Assembly (NCBI GenBank): GCA_049999805.1
Contig: JBNGIO010006274.1
Span: 143,818-207,817, forward strand
DNA: 64,000 nt
Reading direction: 5' to 3'
DNA from: Folioceros fuciformis
Lineage: Eukaryota
A program made the translations under genes and the position numbers. Below the pieces are notes generated by a model, which saw only the letters and a program-made list of their open reading frames with translations, was not told the DNA's origin and searched no databases. The first letter of the stretch is position 1; each line of letters opens with the position of its first letter. Below, one piece after another: positions 11,581-22,300 of this stretch.

Positions 11581-13300
11581 ATGACCCTACACGCCACATG
11601 CATGTCTACCTGCCTACACCTCCGCCTCCAGGCCTTGCACGACACATGCTTGCCTACCTACCTACGCCTCCACCTCCTGCACGCCATGCCTACAGCTCGC
11701 GATCCCTACCACGAGAGGCAGCCTCCACATCTGCTGCACAGTCACGGAGGTTTGCCCTCAACTTGCGCAAATTGCTTTCTAGCGAGTCCACCAACCCAAG
11801 GCGTTTACAGCGAGTCCACCAACCCAAGGCTGTTGTGCAAAGCATGCACCGCGTCCACTGAGGTGTCCGTGACATGGCCTACGTTGCTGCCTCCCGCTAT
11901 TGCGCGTCGCCCTACTCTGCCGCGGGTGGAATCGCCGCGGGTGGAATCCCGCAGGAGAAGACCTCTGAGTACGAGACCACTCACTGCTGCTTGCGCACCC
12001 TTCTCGTTGGCGAGATGCTCGACCCCGAACTTCGATCTGCATCTCCAGCCCGCCGGCCGTCCTGCCCTGCACCGTTGTCTGGGGTCCCCCGGGGTTCTCC
12101 TCGGCCAGCTGCAATGTGCCTCGCAATACTGGCCTCCACCGCATCTAGCTCCATCTGCAAACTCCATCTGCAAAACACAACGCTCTTCCTGTGCACGGCT
12201 AGGTCTGCCAAGCTTCCTGGTTAGTTGTTGCTTGCGAATCACATCAAGGTACCTCCACCGCTGAAAGTGGCCATTTTCAGCATACGCGGTCCTTCGCAGT
12301 CTATCCCCGACTACCCAGTTCCAAGTCCCGGCGGCAAACTTGGCCATTAGTTCTAGGCTTGGGTCTCCGTCCACCGTAGGCTCAACTTCCGCTTGAGCCA
12401 CGTCGGTGCACCAAGCTTTGCACCCTGCCCACCCATGCTTAGGGTAGCCTCCTCCTTCCCCCCTGCATCTGCCTCCTCTTGCAGGGTGGGAAGCAACCCT
12501 TCCCCTCGTGCCTCAGGCACAATCAGGTCTACCGTAACCTGCGTAGGTGCGCCGCCATTGCCCTGATAGAGCACAATGGCGAGGCTGTCGGCGTGGTCAA
12601 CACCGCAGACAACCATTTCAGCACCTGCAGTAGGGCTGACGGGCTTCACTTTGCCCTCCGCCCCTCCCGCTGTAGTCTTTGCCTCAGGCCGCCGCTGTCC
12701 CGTTCGCACCGTCGCCGCCGCCGCTGCCCTGCTCACTTGGCCTGCACCAAACAGGCTTGCTCCTCCTGCTCACTTGACCTACACCAATCAGGCCCACGCG
12801 CCTGCTCCCTTGGCCTGTAGCAAAGTCGCTCGCTCGCAGGCTCCCTGCCCTACACCCTCCCAAGCGCTCACACCTGGCCACGCTGCACTCCACCACTACA
12901 TGTTGCGCTCCTACTCCATGGTTGAGGGGCCGTCAATCTCTCTCACGACCTGGTTGTTCGCTCTTCACTGGTGGACTGCAAGTACGATGTGCCCACGAGA
13001 AAGGGTTGGCTTTGCACCCTTTGCAGTTCTACTGCCCGTTTGCCACTGCATGCACCTTTCACTGCGGACAAGTGCAAGCTCGCCACCTGACTGCCACCCC
13101 TACATCCACATCCATACAAATGGTGATCCAACCTGCATGCGACAACTGCATGATCAGCCCACCATCTTCCCATCTCCTGGAAATGTGCACCACTCAGCTG
13201 GTACTCTGGCAACCTCATTTGGGGCATTGCATTGCAACTCAGCAATGGAAGGCATTGATTTTTCAAGGGTCACCCTTCTGCATGGCCTAAGTTGCAATGC
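11581..13300. mobile_element. GC-rich degenerate non-genic segment with short internal duplications, probably TE-derived
   Basis: Local duplications include agcgagtccaccaacccaaggc twice near 11781-11830, ccgcgggtggaatc twice near 11920-11950, and the cacatgc..cctacc..cgcctcc motif at 11590-11680. No recognisable protein; it lies between two pseudogenes. Confidence 0.35.
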
Positions 13301-13389
13301 ATGAGGAGGGATGCCGACCAGCCAGCGCTCGACCGAGTGCCGACCACATTGGTGGTGTCCCTAACATTGTTTTTGTTTCATGTTTTCAG

Positions 13390-14596
13390 CAACTGAAGGA
13401 CATGGACAACTTGACGAAGCGCTGTGATGAGTTCCAAAATTTTATTTTTGACGTAAACAACTAGAAAGGATTGGACAACGAGTAAAGGGCTATCGCACAT
13501 AAAGCCATCCAAGAAGGCCTGTTCACATTCAGCGTGCCTTCTAAAAATATCCCAAGTACTGTATGTTGTGGAAACTCGGACTGTACAAGAGATGAGAGGA
13601 TATATGCGGCGATGGGACTATAGGTTGTTGTTGATGGACATCCCTCAGGGGTTCGGTATTCATCCATTGGACAAACGATTTGACGGAGTGATATTGCGAA
13701 CTATTTTCTCAAGCGTCGCCGCGAAGACAACTTTCTGAGGATTTCCGGCTTGTGGTCATGCATGGGGTGGAGGATGCGCACACGGTGAGGGAGGCGATGC
13801 GTAAAAGGTGCAAAGGGGGTGGTCCGGTTTCGTTTGTCTAGGATAAGACAAGCATGTCAAATGATCGAGGACGTTTTGAAACTGTGGAGTACATAACTAT
13901 TGCATGGTGCCTGAAGGAGGGAAGCAGTAAGGGCTGCAAATCTATGATGCTAGGGTAATAGCAAGAAATCTTCAACATGGGCAGGTCCATCATCGCACAT
14001 GACACTATGGTGAAGAAACATGTCTACCTATCTCATGACAAATGAGTTGTTTGCCTATATGAGAGGCCCCTGGGATTGATGGACAGGCTTATCTACAGCT
14101 TTAGTAAAGAGGGGGAATGGGTTGTCGATGCTTGTTCTGGTAGCGACACTACACTGTTAGCGGCGTTGCTTCTTGGCAAAAACTGTGTAGCGATCGAACA
14201 AGATAGGCAATGCACAGCGTATATCCCGTGGAGAATCCACGTCTATGAAGTTCTACCAGATGCAGACGAGGAGGTGACATTCGATGCGCATTAGCGAGGG
14301 CCATCCCAATTCTGGGCTAAGGAGGTTTGCTTTAGCAAAAGGGACAGCTCCCGAGCACAACTTGTGTTACTGACGTCAAAGAGGCAGAGTCAAAAGACGA
14401 GCGAAGACTTCATGCCTGGAAAGAAAACCCTATTTGGGAGGGGCTTGTATCCAATCAGAAAGATGTGGAAGATGCAGGAGTCGATGCGAAAGCGCTAGAG
14501 GAAGTTAACAACTTTGATGTTCATGAAGAAGCAAGATTGCGGGATGTTTTTGTTGTGTTCGACTCCGAGGCTGCAAAGGATGTTAAAGAGCTTTAG
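13390..14596 (+). pseudogene. beta-class N6-adenine/N4-cytosine DNA methyltransferase (N6_N4_Mtase-like), disrupted
   Basis: After an acceptor (tttcag at 13389), reading across frameshifts gives STVCCGNS..., DYRLLLMDIPQGFG (motif IV-like, DIPQG at 13637-13651), SFV*DK (WxK), ETVEYITIAW, then ERPLGLMDRLIYSFSKEGEWVVDACSGSDTTLLAALLLGKNCVAIEQD (motifs X, I, II) and an acidic tail. Catalytic motif before the SAM-binding motif is the beta order. There are several stops. Confidence 0.78.
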
Positions 14597-14856
14597 AGTT
14601 TTAGCATAGAGTAGGGAGTCATAGTTAGATGTGATGTGCACTTTGCAGTAGGTGTTTAGTCACATTCCTTTAAACATTGGTTAATGAAAGACATGTGGAG
14701 CCCATGAGCGAACCCATCGTCATTGAAATGGTCCTCCAGGGAGAGGGCGCCGTCCTGCCGGCGCCCTTTCCTCATGGCAAGGATTATATTGCATACAAAG
14801 TACACGTTCACGCTGCGTGGTACTAGGAAAAGAATAATTGACCGGATAGAAACCAG

Positions 14857-14940
14857 TGGAATTTGTTTATTTGTACAAGGTATAAATTTCAAGAAGAAGG
14901 CCTACCCCCTTTAGAAGTAAGACACGACATTCCCCCCCTT
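14857..14940 (-). mobile_element. Possible LTR-retrotransposon 3' junction relic (polypurine tract followed by TG)
   Basis: The minus strand reads aagggggggaa-TGTCGTGTC..., a PPT-like run directly followed by TG. It coincides with the GC-to-AT switch. No partner LTR was found. Confidence 0.3.
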
Positions 14941-15242
14941 GCAAGTTTACTGCGTTTCATCATAAAGTCTTTATTAAATGAACAATATAAAAATAATTCT
15001 AGGACTACTCTTAGTGGTTTAAATTATTCACAAATTATGTCGGCATAACATAAGTTCTCGTCCTTGTAAGAGATTATATAGCTTAGTTGAAGATACAAAT
15101 AACATTCATCTACTTTATAAACAGAACTTTTATGAACTATAGGATTCTAGCCTAAATTTGGGGAAAATTCTACCTAATTATTTTATCATGAGCATTCTTT
15201 TTCAATCTAGTATAATAACAATCGAACCATTGTCCTTTTTCT

Positions 15243-15375
15243 TGTTTAATTTTCTTACAATATTTTAGGGATAGTACTTGCAGTTGGTCAATTTTCTGAC
15301 AATATTATGGGGAGAGGTCTTAAAGTAGTTGGTCAAATTTCTTACAATATTACTGGCAAAGCTCTTGAAGTAGTG
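15243..15375 (-). repeat. About 45-bp degenerate tandem repeat (x3) resembling a decayed Cys-containing LRR
   Basis: The minus strand reads LLQELCQ*YCKKFDQ / LL*DLSP*YCQKIDQ / LQVLSLKYCKKIKQ. Confidence 0.45.
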
Positions 15376-15654
15376 TGACGCCCAAAAGTTTTGAGATAAT
15401 CATCTGTTAACCAGTTAGTTTCTATTTTGGAGCTGCTCATGATTACAATCAATAGAAAACATGTTATATAATAGTCATATCTTTCTTATCTTTTAAGTTA
15501 TATTTTACAAAGTTTAATATTTTTGGATTCATGTAAAGTACTTAGGTTGTGAAGCCAATCACTCTTTAGGTTATATTACTTTCTTGATTGTATTCAAACT
15601 ATTCTATTCCACATAGATTTACAAAATTAAAAGCTTACCATGAGTGTAAGACAT

Positions 15655-16329
15655 CTAACCTTTGTGACGTCGTAGCGTTCCTGAAGCAGCACCAAATGGG
15701 AGATGATAACTTAAAGAAGCACTTGTGAGACCCGTTCCAGCTTTTTTAGCCGGTCTAGTAGCTGAGCAAGAGTTTTTGTGATGACCAAAGGCCTTTGGGG
15801 TAAACCTTCTATCACAATATGGACACTTCTCTAGTGTTTGTTGAAATTGTTTAAAAGCCCTATCAACCACAATAATTGTATTAGCAGCAATAAGTGTCAG
15901 GGCAATTCATCTTCTACCATTTCTTTCTACATCATAATAAATTCAAATGGTTTCGTTATCATACTCCTCGTTTAAGTCGTCAATTTGTTGAGCTGTGGCA
16001 CTTCCCTTTTTTATAGCAATAGGTATTTCAGAAGTTGCTTTAGATGGCAAAGGTAGAGGACGACGATACTTCTTTGGTTTCTTTTCTTCTTCAGCTAACC
16101 ACTTCTTTTGACATTGAGGGATATGTATTGGTAGACTGGTCAGTTAATTTTATTCAAAATTATTAAATTAGAGAACTCCATTCCAATGATTACCAATGAC
16201 AAATACATATTACTTTTAAACCAAGGTTGCTAGTACATACCTTTTGCTTCCAAACTCGCGTCCACATAAATAGCACATCAACATGCGAGGACGTTTGCTA
16301 GCATCCCCACCTACTTTTATGTCCATCAT
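15655..16329 (-). CDS. C2HC zinc-finger protein (zf-C2HC_2, ZNF474-like), 3 exons, intact
   Basis: Spliced product: MMDIKVGGDASKRPRMLMCYLCGREFGSKS|LPIHIPQCQKKWLAEEEKKPKKYRRPLP...IDDLNEE|AFKQFQQTLEKCPYCDRRFTPKAFGHHKNSCSATRP...HKG*. Two CxxC-H-C knuckles; GT-AG introns restore the frame. Confidence 0.8.
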
Positions 16330-17248
16330 TGTGTACCTTTCATGAATTCTTTACTTTTAAATAAGGTCTTTCTTCATAGAACATATGTGATGAGTAATCT
16401 GATTTACAATGCCCTTCCTTGAAATACTCTTGGTTTTGAAATAAAGTATGTTGCCACCTAACAGGATCGAATCATGGCCTATTACATAACTTTCTAAACC
16501 TGCAAAAAGTTAGTTCGCAAAGATTACTGATGCACGATAAGTTTGTCATATTACTTGTTTACAAAATAAAGAAAAAAAAGAATGTTTCCATCTTGTTATC
16601 CCCTCAACATTTAACATATTTATATATATATTCTCGTCACTATAGACACCTGCTTCTTTTAAGAGGGTCAAACCTTTTTCATTCATACTTTATTTATAAT
16701 GAATATTTAAACTTTTGGATAACTTGTTTATTGTGAAAACAAAAAAATTAACTTTTTTTTTTCGTCCAATACGTACACCTTTCTTCACTTCATTGTATGA
16801 CAAATTTTCTCTTATTGTTCCTAATTTACTACTTATATCTTTTTAAAATTATTAATATTTCATGTTTTAAATTATGTTTTGGTCATATATGCTTTGATAA
16901 AAAATAACATAGTTTTTGATCAATTGATATTAAACTTTATTTAAATTATTATAAATATATATAATATTGAGTTAAACATTTTTAAACCTAAATTATGCAA
17001 TAGTTCTTTATAAATGTTCACATATGCAACAATAAAGGATTGTGGATGGACTTATTTTTTCAAGTTTTAAATATAGTAATATGTTATGAATATTTTTATG
17101 AATAAATAATTTAATTTGAAAATTTTGATAAAAGAGAAGAACTTAAAAAGCACTCAAAGAACAATTGATAAATCTAGGTGGCTGCATTGGCTTGATTCTA
17201 AGTTTTAACTCAAATATAGATTAATTGTAAGCCTTTTGCAAAGAAACA

Positions 17249-17908
17249 ATGGCAGAAGATATAGACAAAGATTGTAAGGATGAAAGAAATATATGCGAAA
17301 AACAAATCCACCATTTTGATAAAAGATATCACAAATGTGTAACATTGAAAGAAGAAAAGAATGTTGACTCTATATGTACATCATTTTTGGACCCACTTAT
17401 TCCAATTCCTTGGGAAGTAACAGAAGTTCGACAATCTAATCTAGCAAATCGACGGAGAGATCTTAATATGTTTTTTCACAAGAATTCAGAGTTATGTGTT
17501 TTCGTGTTTGTAGCAGAAAACCACAATAATGAAGACAAAGATGTAGTGCAAATTGCGCAAAATATGTTATCACAATATTTCAAACTGTCAAAGGATGTAG
17601 TCCATCAAAGTTGGACAATTGGGAAAGCTGATGTGTATGGATCTCGATGCCTTGTTGTGCAATTCGTCTCACAGAAAGATCGAAGACATGTTCTCGATAA
17701 TCGAAAGGTCTTGTGCGGCACTAACCTTACTGTTTTTGAAGATCTGACAGAGAATGCCTATTGTCGGAGAAATGCGTATCGTTCGTATGACAATCGACCA
17801 CGGATATGGCCAGATGAATGTCCGTCCTATATGGTTGAGTATCAAAAGTTGAAGGAAGCAAAGGAGCAATGTGCTTATGCATTTATGCGAACTCAAAAGA
17901 GTTTATAA
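17249..17908 (+). CDS. Stand-alone LINE ORF1p-like protein (RRM + C-terminal domain), 219 aa, intronless
   Basis: A 660-bp open frame in very AT-rich DNA. The segment SRCLVVQFVSQKDRRHVLDNRKVLCGTNLTVFEDLTENAYCRR resembles the RP(I/L)xVxF...KLKGTxIxINED(L/F)T..RR motif of L1/CR1/L2-type ORF1 proteins. No ORF2 follows. Confidence 0.55.
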   Translation: MAEDIDKDCKDERNICEKQIHHFDKRYHKCVTLKEEKNVDSICTSFLDPLIPIPWEVTEVRQSNLANRRRDLNMFFHKNSELCVFVFVAENHNNEDKDVVQIAQNMLSQYFKLSKDVVHQSWTIGKADVYGSRCLVVQFVSQKDRRHVLDNRKVLCGTNLTVFEDLTENAYCRRNAYRSYDNRPRIWPDECPSYMVEYQKLKEAKEQCAYAFMRTQKSL

Positions 17909-18263
17909 GTGACATATGAAAGCAACAAAAAGAATAGTATGAAAAGTGTATGGATTAAATTGTACAATTAAATTGTGTAGAGGTAATGCAAATAATCTCC
18001 TAACTATTTTTTGATCTAAATTCTAACTTTTTCAACGCGAAATACTTGTGTTCTTTTTGCAACAAACAAGCTCTAATGTTTTAGTTTGTTTTGTTGCATA
18101 AAAATATTTTTTGCTCTTTCAAGGAACCTGCTACCATAAGGAGGTGAAAGTATTTGAAGATTATGAGACTTTATTTCTTCTGAAGTTAGATATTTAGAGT
18201 TTAGGGTAAGCCACTTAAAAGTTGTTTTTAAATGGTTCCTCTCCCAGGTTGCATTACATCTTA

Positions 18264-18364
18264 TTAGGGTTTAAGCCCTATGATTTAGGGTTTAGGGTTT
18301 AAACCCTAGGATTAAGGGTTTAGGGTTTGAACCCTAGGATTTAGGGTTTAGGGTTTAAACCCTA
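18264..18364. repeat. Interstitial telomere-like array, about 28-bp unit with a head-to-head palindrome
   Basis: About 3.5 copies of gatttagggtttagggtttaaaccctag with variants; each contains TAGGGTTT|AAACCCTA. Confidence 0.85.
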
Positions 18365-19330
18365 CATGGTTGTGGTGGTTATTATTGTTATTATTATTAT
18401 TATTATATTTTTTCTATGGCTTTTAAATTTTGATCAAGACATATTTAGTTTGCCTTAAAGAAAGTGGGATTAGGGGATGCCTGAAATTTCTAATTGTTAA
18501 ATCACTAAGCTATTCCCTAGGGATATAGGGTTTAGCAATTGAAGATATTCATTCTTATGTGTCAAGAGGGGGACAAGGTTGCAAGGTGATATTTGTGAGC
18601 TAAGAAACAATGGTTTTTTTATTATTATTTTGATGTTAAGTAATATCGTTAAACCGACCTAGAACTTAAAAAATGTTTTTTTTCCCGCATAACAGAGCAG
18701 GAAGGTTGACTCATTGCCTTGGAACTTGTTGGCTCACCAAGTGTCTCAGTTCACGTACCCATTTGTCCAAATGCGTATGAACTCTACGAGGTACGGGTAC
18801 ATGGACTGGGTACGTACCTAGCTAGAGACAATGACTAGAGGGTGGCGGCACCGGGATCGATCCTCGACGCCGTTATTATTATATAAAAATAATAAACGTC
18901 CCAACGTACCTCTCGTTCTTCCCCCCAAACTCCTGTTTGAAATACAACCAAGGCTGTCATCTTGACAGGCCGGGACCGGCAGCGGAAGAAGGGCTGCTCT
19001 TTCATGATGGAAGTCGAGAGACTGCCTATAAGGTGTCGATACGTGACGCGCGCTGCAAGCCCGTCAGTTTGACAGGCGTGGACTCCCGACCTCTTTAGCC
19101 GCCTCTCCTCCCCTGCCGGAGGGCCGTTGCCCGCCATCTTTTTCGAACGGATCCTTTCTCCGAGCTTGGTGGATGAGACGTGCGAACGTCTCGCAGACTG
19201 CCATTCTTGCAAGCACCTCGCAGCATTGCCTTGAGGCTGCTCTGCTACGCTCGCACAGCATTGCGCTGCTTCCACCCACCACCCCATGTTTATTCTTCCG
19301 AGGTAGCCAAGCCTGCTCGGGAGCGCCAAT

Positions 19331-22300
19331 ATGCTGGCCAGGACGTTTCTGTCCGAGGCGGAGCGGCAAGTGGACCCTCAGCTAGGGTACCCGCGGGGGT
19401 ACGCCAAGCTTTGTCGAAATGCGGCCACGCAGCTGCGGGGACTCATCACTCCTTTCACCGAAGGGCCCCCGCAGCGCTTCATCCCCTACGCTCCTCAGCC
19501 TGATGAGGTGGTGGTTCTTCTTCACTTCCGGAAAGGTTGTTGCTGATTGTAACATTTTCATCCGTCTGCCCGTCTGTCTCACATTGTTCTTGTTGTGTAG
19601 ATTGCAAGGTTGAAGGAGCTGGATGCCTGGTTTCCTGTTGTGGCGGAAGAGGACAGGGATCCTCCCAATGCCCGCAAGTACGCGGACTTCCTGTGGCGTC
19701 AGCTGGACCATCTGGGGTATGCAAGTGCTCGTCCTCTTCCGTCTCTCATTGCTTCTTGCCTGCCGTGGTTGCGGTGCGTGTTGACAGTGTTGTTGTGGCT
19801 TCGTCATGTAGAAATGCTGGTTTCGATCCTGCCAAGTTCAGGGTTGATATGTATGGAAATGTGCTCTACTGGAATGCTGACGCTGGCTCTCCTTTGGCGT
19901 GGGAGATTGACCACTGGTTTCCCCATTCTAGTACGTTTTCTGACCTACTGAAGGGAGCATGTGTCGCGCCTGGTTTAGTGTTGTATCCCTCTCTCGGCCT
20001 CCCAGCTCTCTATGCGCCCCCTAATCAAGTCCTTTCCTTTCTTTTGCAGGAGGCGGCAAAACGGTGATGAGTAATCTACGTGTGCTACAGTGGCAAACGA
20101 ACCAACGGAAATCTAATAAGCTGGAGTTTCTGGTGCCTTGGTGGGATCTCCAGCTCGGAGTCTCCATCAACCAGTTCCTGTCAGTGTTCTCCTCCAAGAA
20201 TGCTGATTTCAGGTAGGTCTTCGGGTTCCATCTCTCATGCTACGGTCATGCATTATTTTCCAGTCGTTTCGGTGTGTACTGTCCCTCATGCCCGAGGTTG
20301 TGCGCACGAGCTGCTCCTTCATTGCAGGAAGAGGTCGCTTGAGCTCTTCTTTGCAGGTGGCGAAGAAGAACAAGTAGAAGCGAAGTGTCTTGTTGAGCCT
20401 CATTCCTGGCCTGCCCCGTTTCGGGAGCAGAAGGCGGAAATCGGCTTGGCCGCCGCGGCAGTTGTGTCAGTGTCGAGAAGAGACAACGATGATAAAATTA
20501 GAGGAACGGCGTCGTGGGCTTCAAGGTCTGGCACAGATTTGATCACGGAAACATCTGCTGTGGCGGGTGAGCTGACTGACCAGTGTTCTCTCCAGTAATC
20601 GAGCCTTTTTTTGTCGATCGTCTAGACTCTTGACACCAAACCGGAACACGCCAGCTACTGGAACGCCTGCGAGACGACGATGGAGCCTGGAAGAGGAAGA
20701 GGCTCTACGGCGTGCGGTCCACAAGTTTGGTCCAGGCAGCTGGAAGGAAATCAAAGAGAGCGAGCCTGCGCTGGCCGGTCGCTCGACGGTACAGATAAAA
20801 GACAAGGTGAGGCAGGACTTCATCCTTGAGCTGTATTTCGTTGTTTCCTTGGAGTTCTTTTGAAGGCGATCTGAGTGAACTGTTGTGCACATGGATATCA
20901 GTATCGGCTCCTGAGAGGGGATTGGCACCCTGACAAAGAGAATGTCACGGCAAACGTCGACAAGGAGACTGCGGTGGCTGCAGCCATCCAAAAAGAGCGG
21001 AAGTTGAAGCAGATGAGGGAGGATGAAAAGAAAGTGAAAGAGGAGGAGTTGGCTCATTTGGAAGACACTCTCGGAGCCATCACCCGGGAGAATGAGGCCG
21101 AGTTTCTAGCATTGGAGGACTTGGAGCGGGTTTTGGTGAGAAGCCGAGAGAAGGTGGAAAAGCAACGCCGATGGTCTGAAACGCAGTCCTCGTACCGGAT
21201 CTGCTTGGAGAGGATGATCCGAGACACGATGCACCAGTAAGTGACATGTTGGCCTTCAGAAATGATCCATAGTTTGAGTTGTATGTCTAAGACACCGTAT
21301 TGTCTGTGAGATCTGTAGGAGCGTGGTGTACAAGGAACAGGCCCGATTGAATCAGGCAGCGTGCAATGCACTTCAGGTTCGGCTTGACTGCGAGAAGCAG
21401 ACCTCCGTGGCTGCCGGCACAGACCTGGTGAAAAAGTACAAGCAGAGGGAAGAGCTGTTGGCTCTGTCCTGTCCAGATCAACTGGACAGCGAGGTGGCCA
21501 ATGAGTTGAAAATGCAGGCAATGACAAGCTTCGCTCTTGCGGAAGACGAAGAGGGGCCCAACGCCCCCAAGCTGACGGATTCCGAGCATCGCTGGCTTCC
21601 TCGCCTTCCTCCCGTGGCTGAAGATGGTTGTATTCCCCATTGCGCGTCGAAGCCGGCGGGGAAGTATGACCAAGAACGCGAATCTTCTGACACCCGCAGC
21701 AATACAAGATCCCTTCAAGCTGGAGGGGAGGAAGAGCTAGTAGCCAGCTTGAGGAGTTTGAAGCTGCGGGAGGATTCCAGCGATTTGAGCAGGTCTCCAG
21801 CCGAAGGGAGCTCGGGCAAACGATCGCTGGACGAGGAGAAGGAGAAGCTGGGAAAGGCTGGAAGGGAAGGTAGCCGCCTGAAAAAGAAAAAGAAAGTCGA
21901 TGACAAAGACTCGTCGGACTTCAGGTTTAAAAAGGCGGCCATGCATGAGGTGGATAATGAATGTGGGAAGGAGAGGAAGTTGACTAATCGTCCAGTCTGT
22001 GCAGTCGACAAGGAGTTGGGGAGGGACAGGACGGGGAAGGAAGGCAGGCAATTATCGGAGTCGGGGGCGCCTCTCGGCAGCTGGTCGACAACGAGAGCAA
22101 AGCTTCATGAAGGGGTCGCTGAAACCGGCTATGGGTCCTCTTCCGGCTCTGGCACTACTTACTTGAGAGCAATTGATGGGGACAGGCTGCAGAAGGTCGA
22201 CAAGGTGAGCCGCGTGACGGAATGGCTAGATGCAGTGCCCACTCCCCGGCCTATTCGTGGCCAAGAAAGGTCTGAGGTTTGGGACAGCAGCGATCGAAGG

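Noticed and set aside
11805-12401. 198-aa minus-strand ORF and overlapping long ORFs at 11.6-13.3 kb
   Set aside because: No recognisable domain; long frames are expected by chance in GC-rich degenerate sequence.
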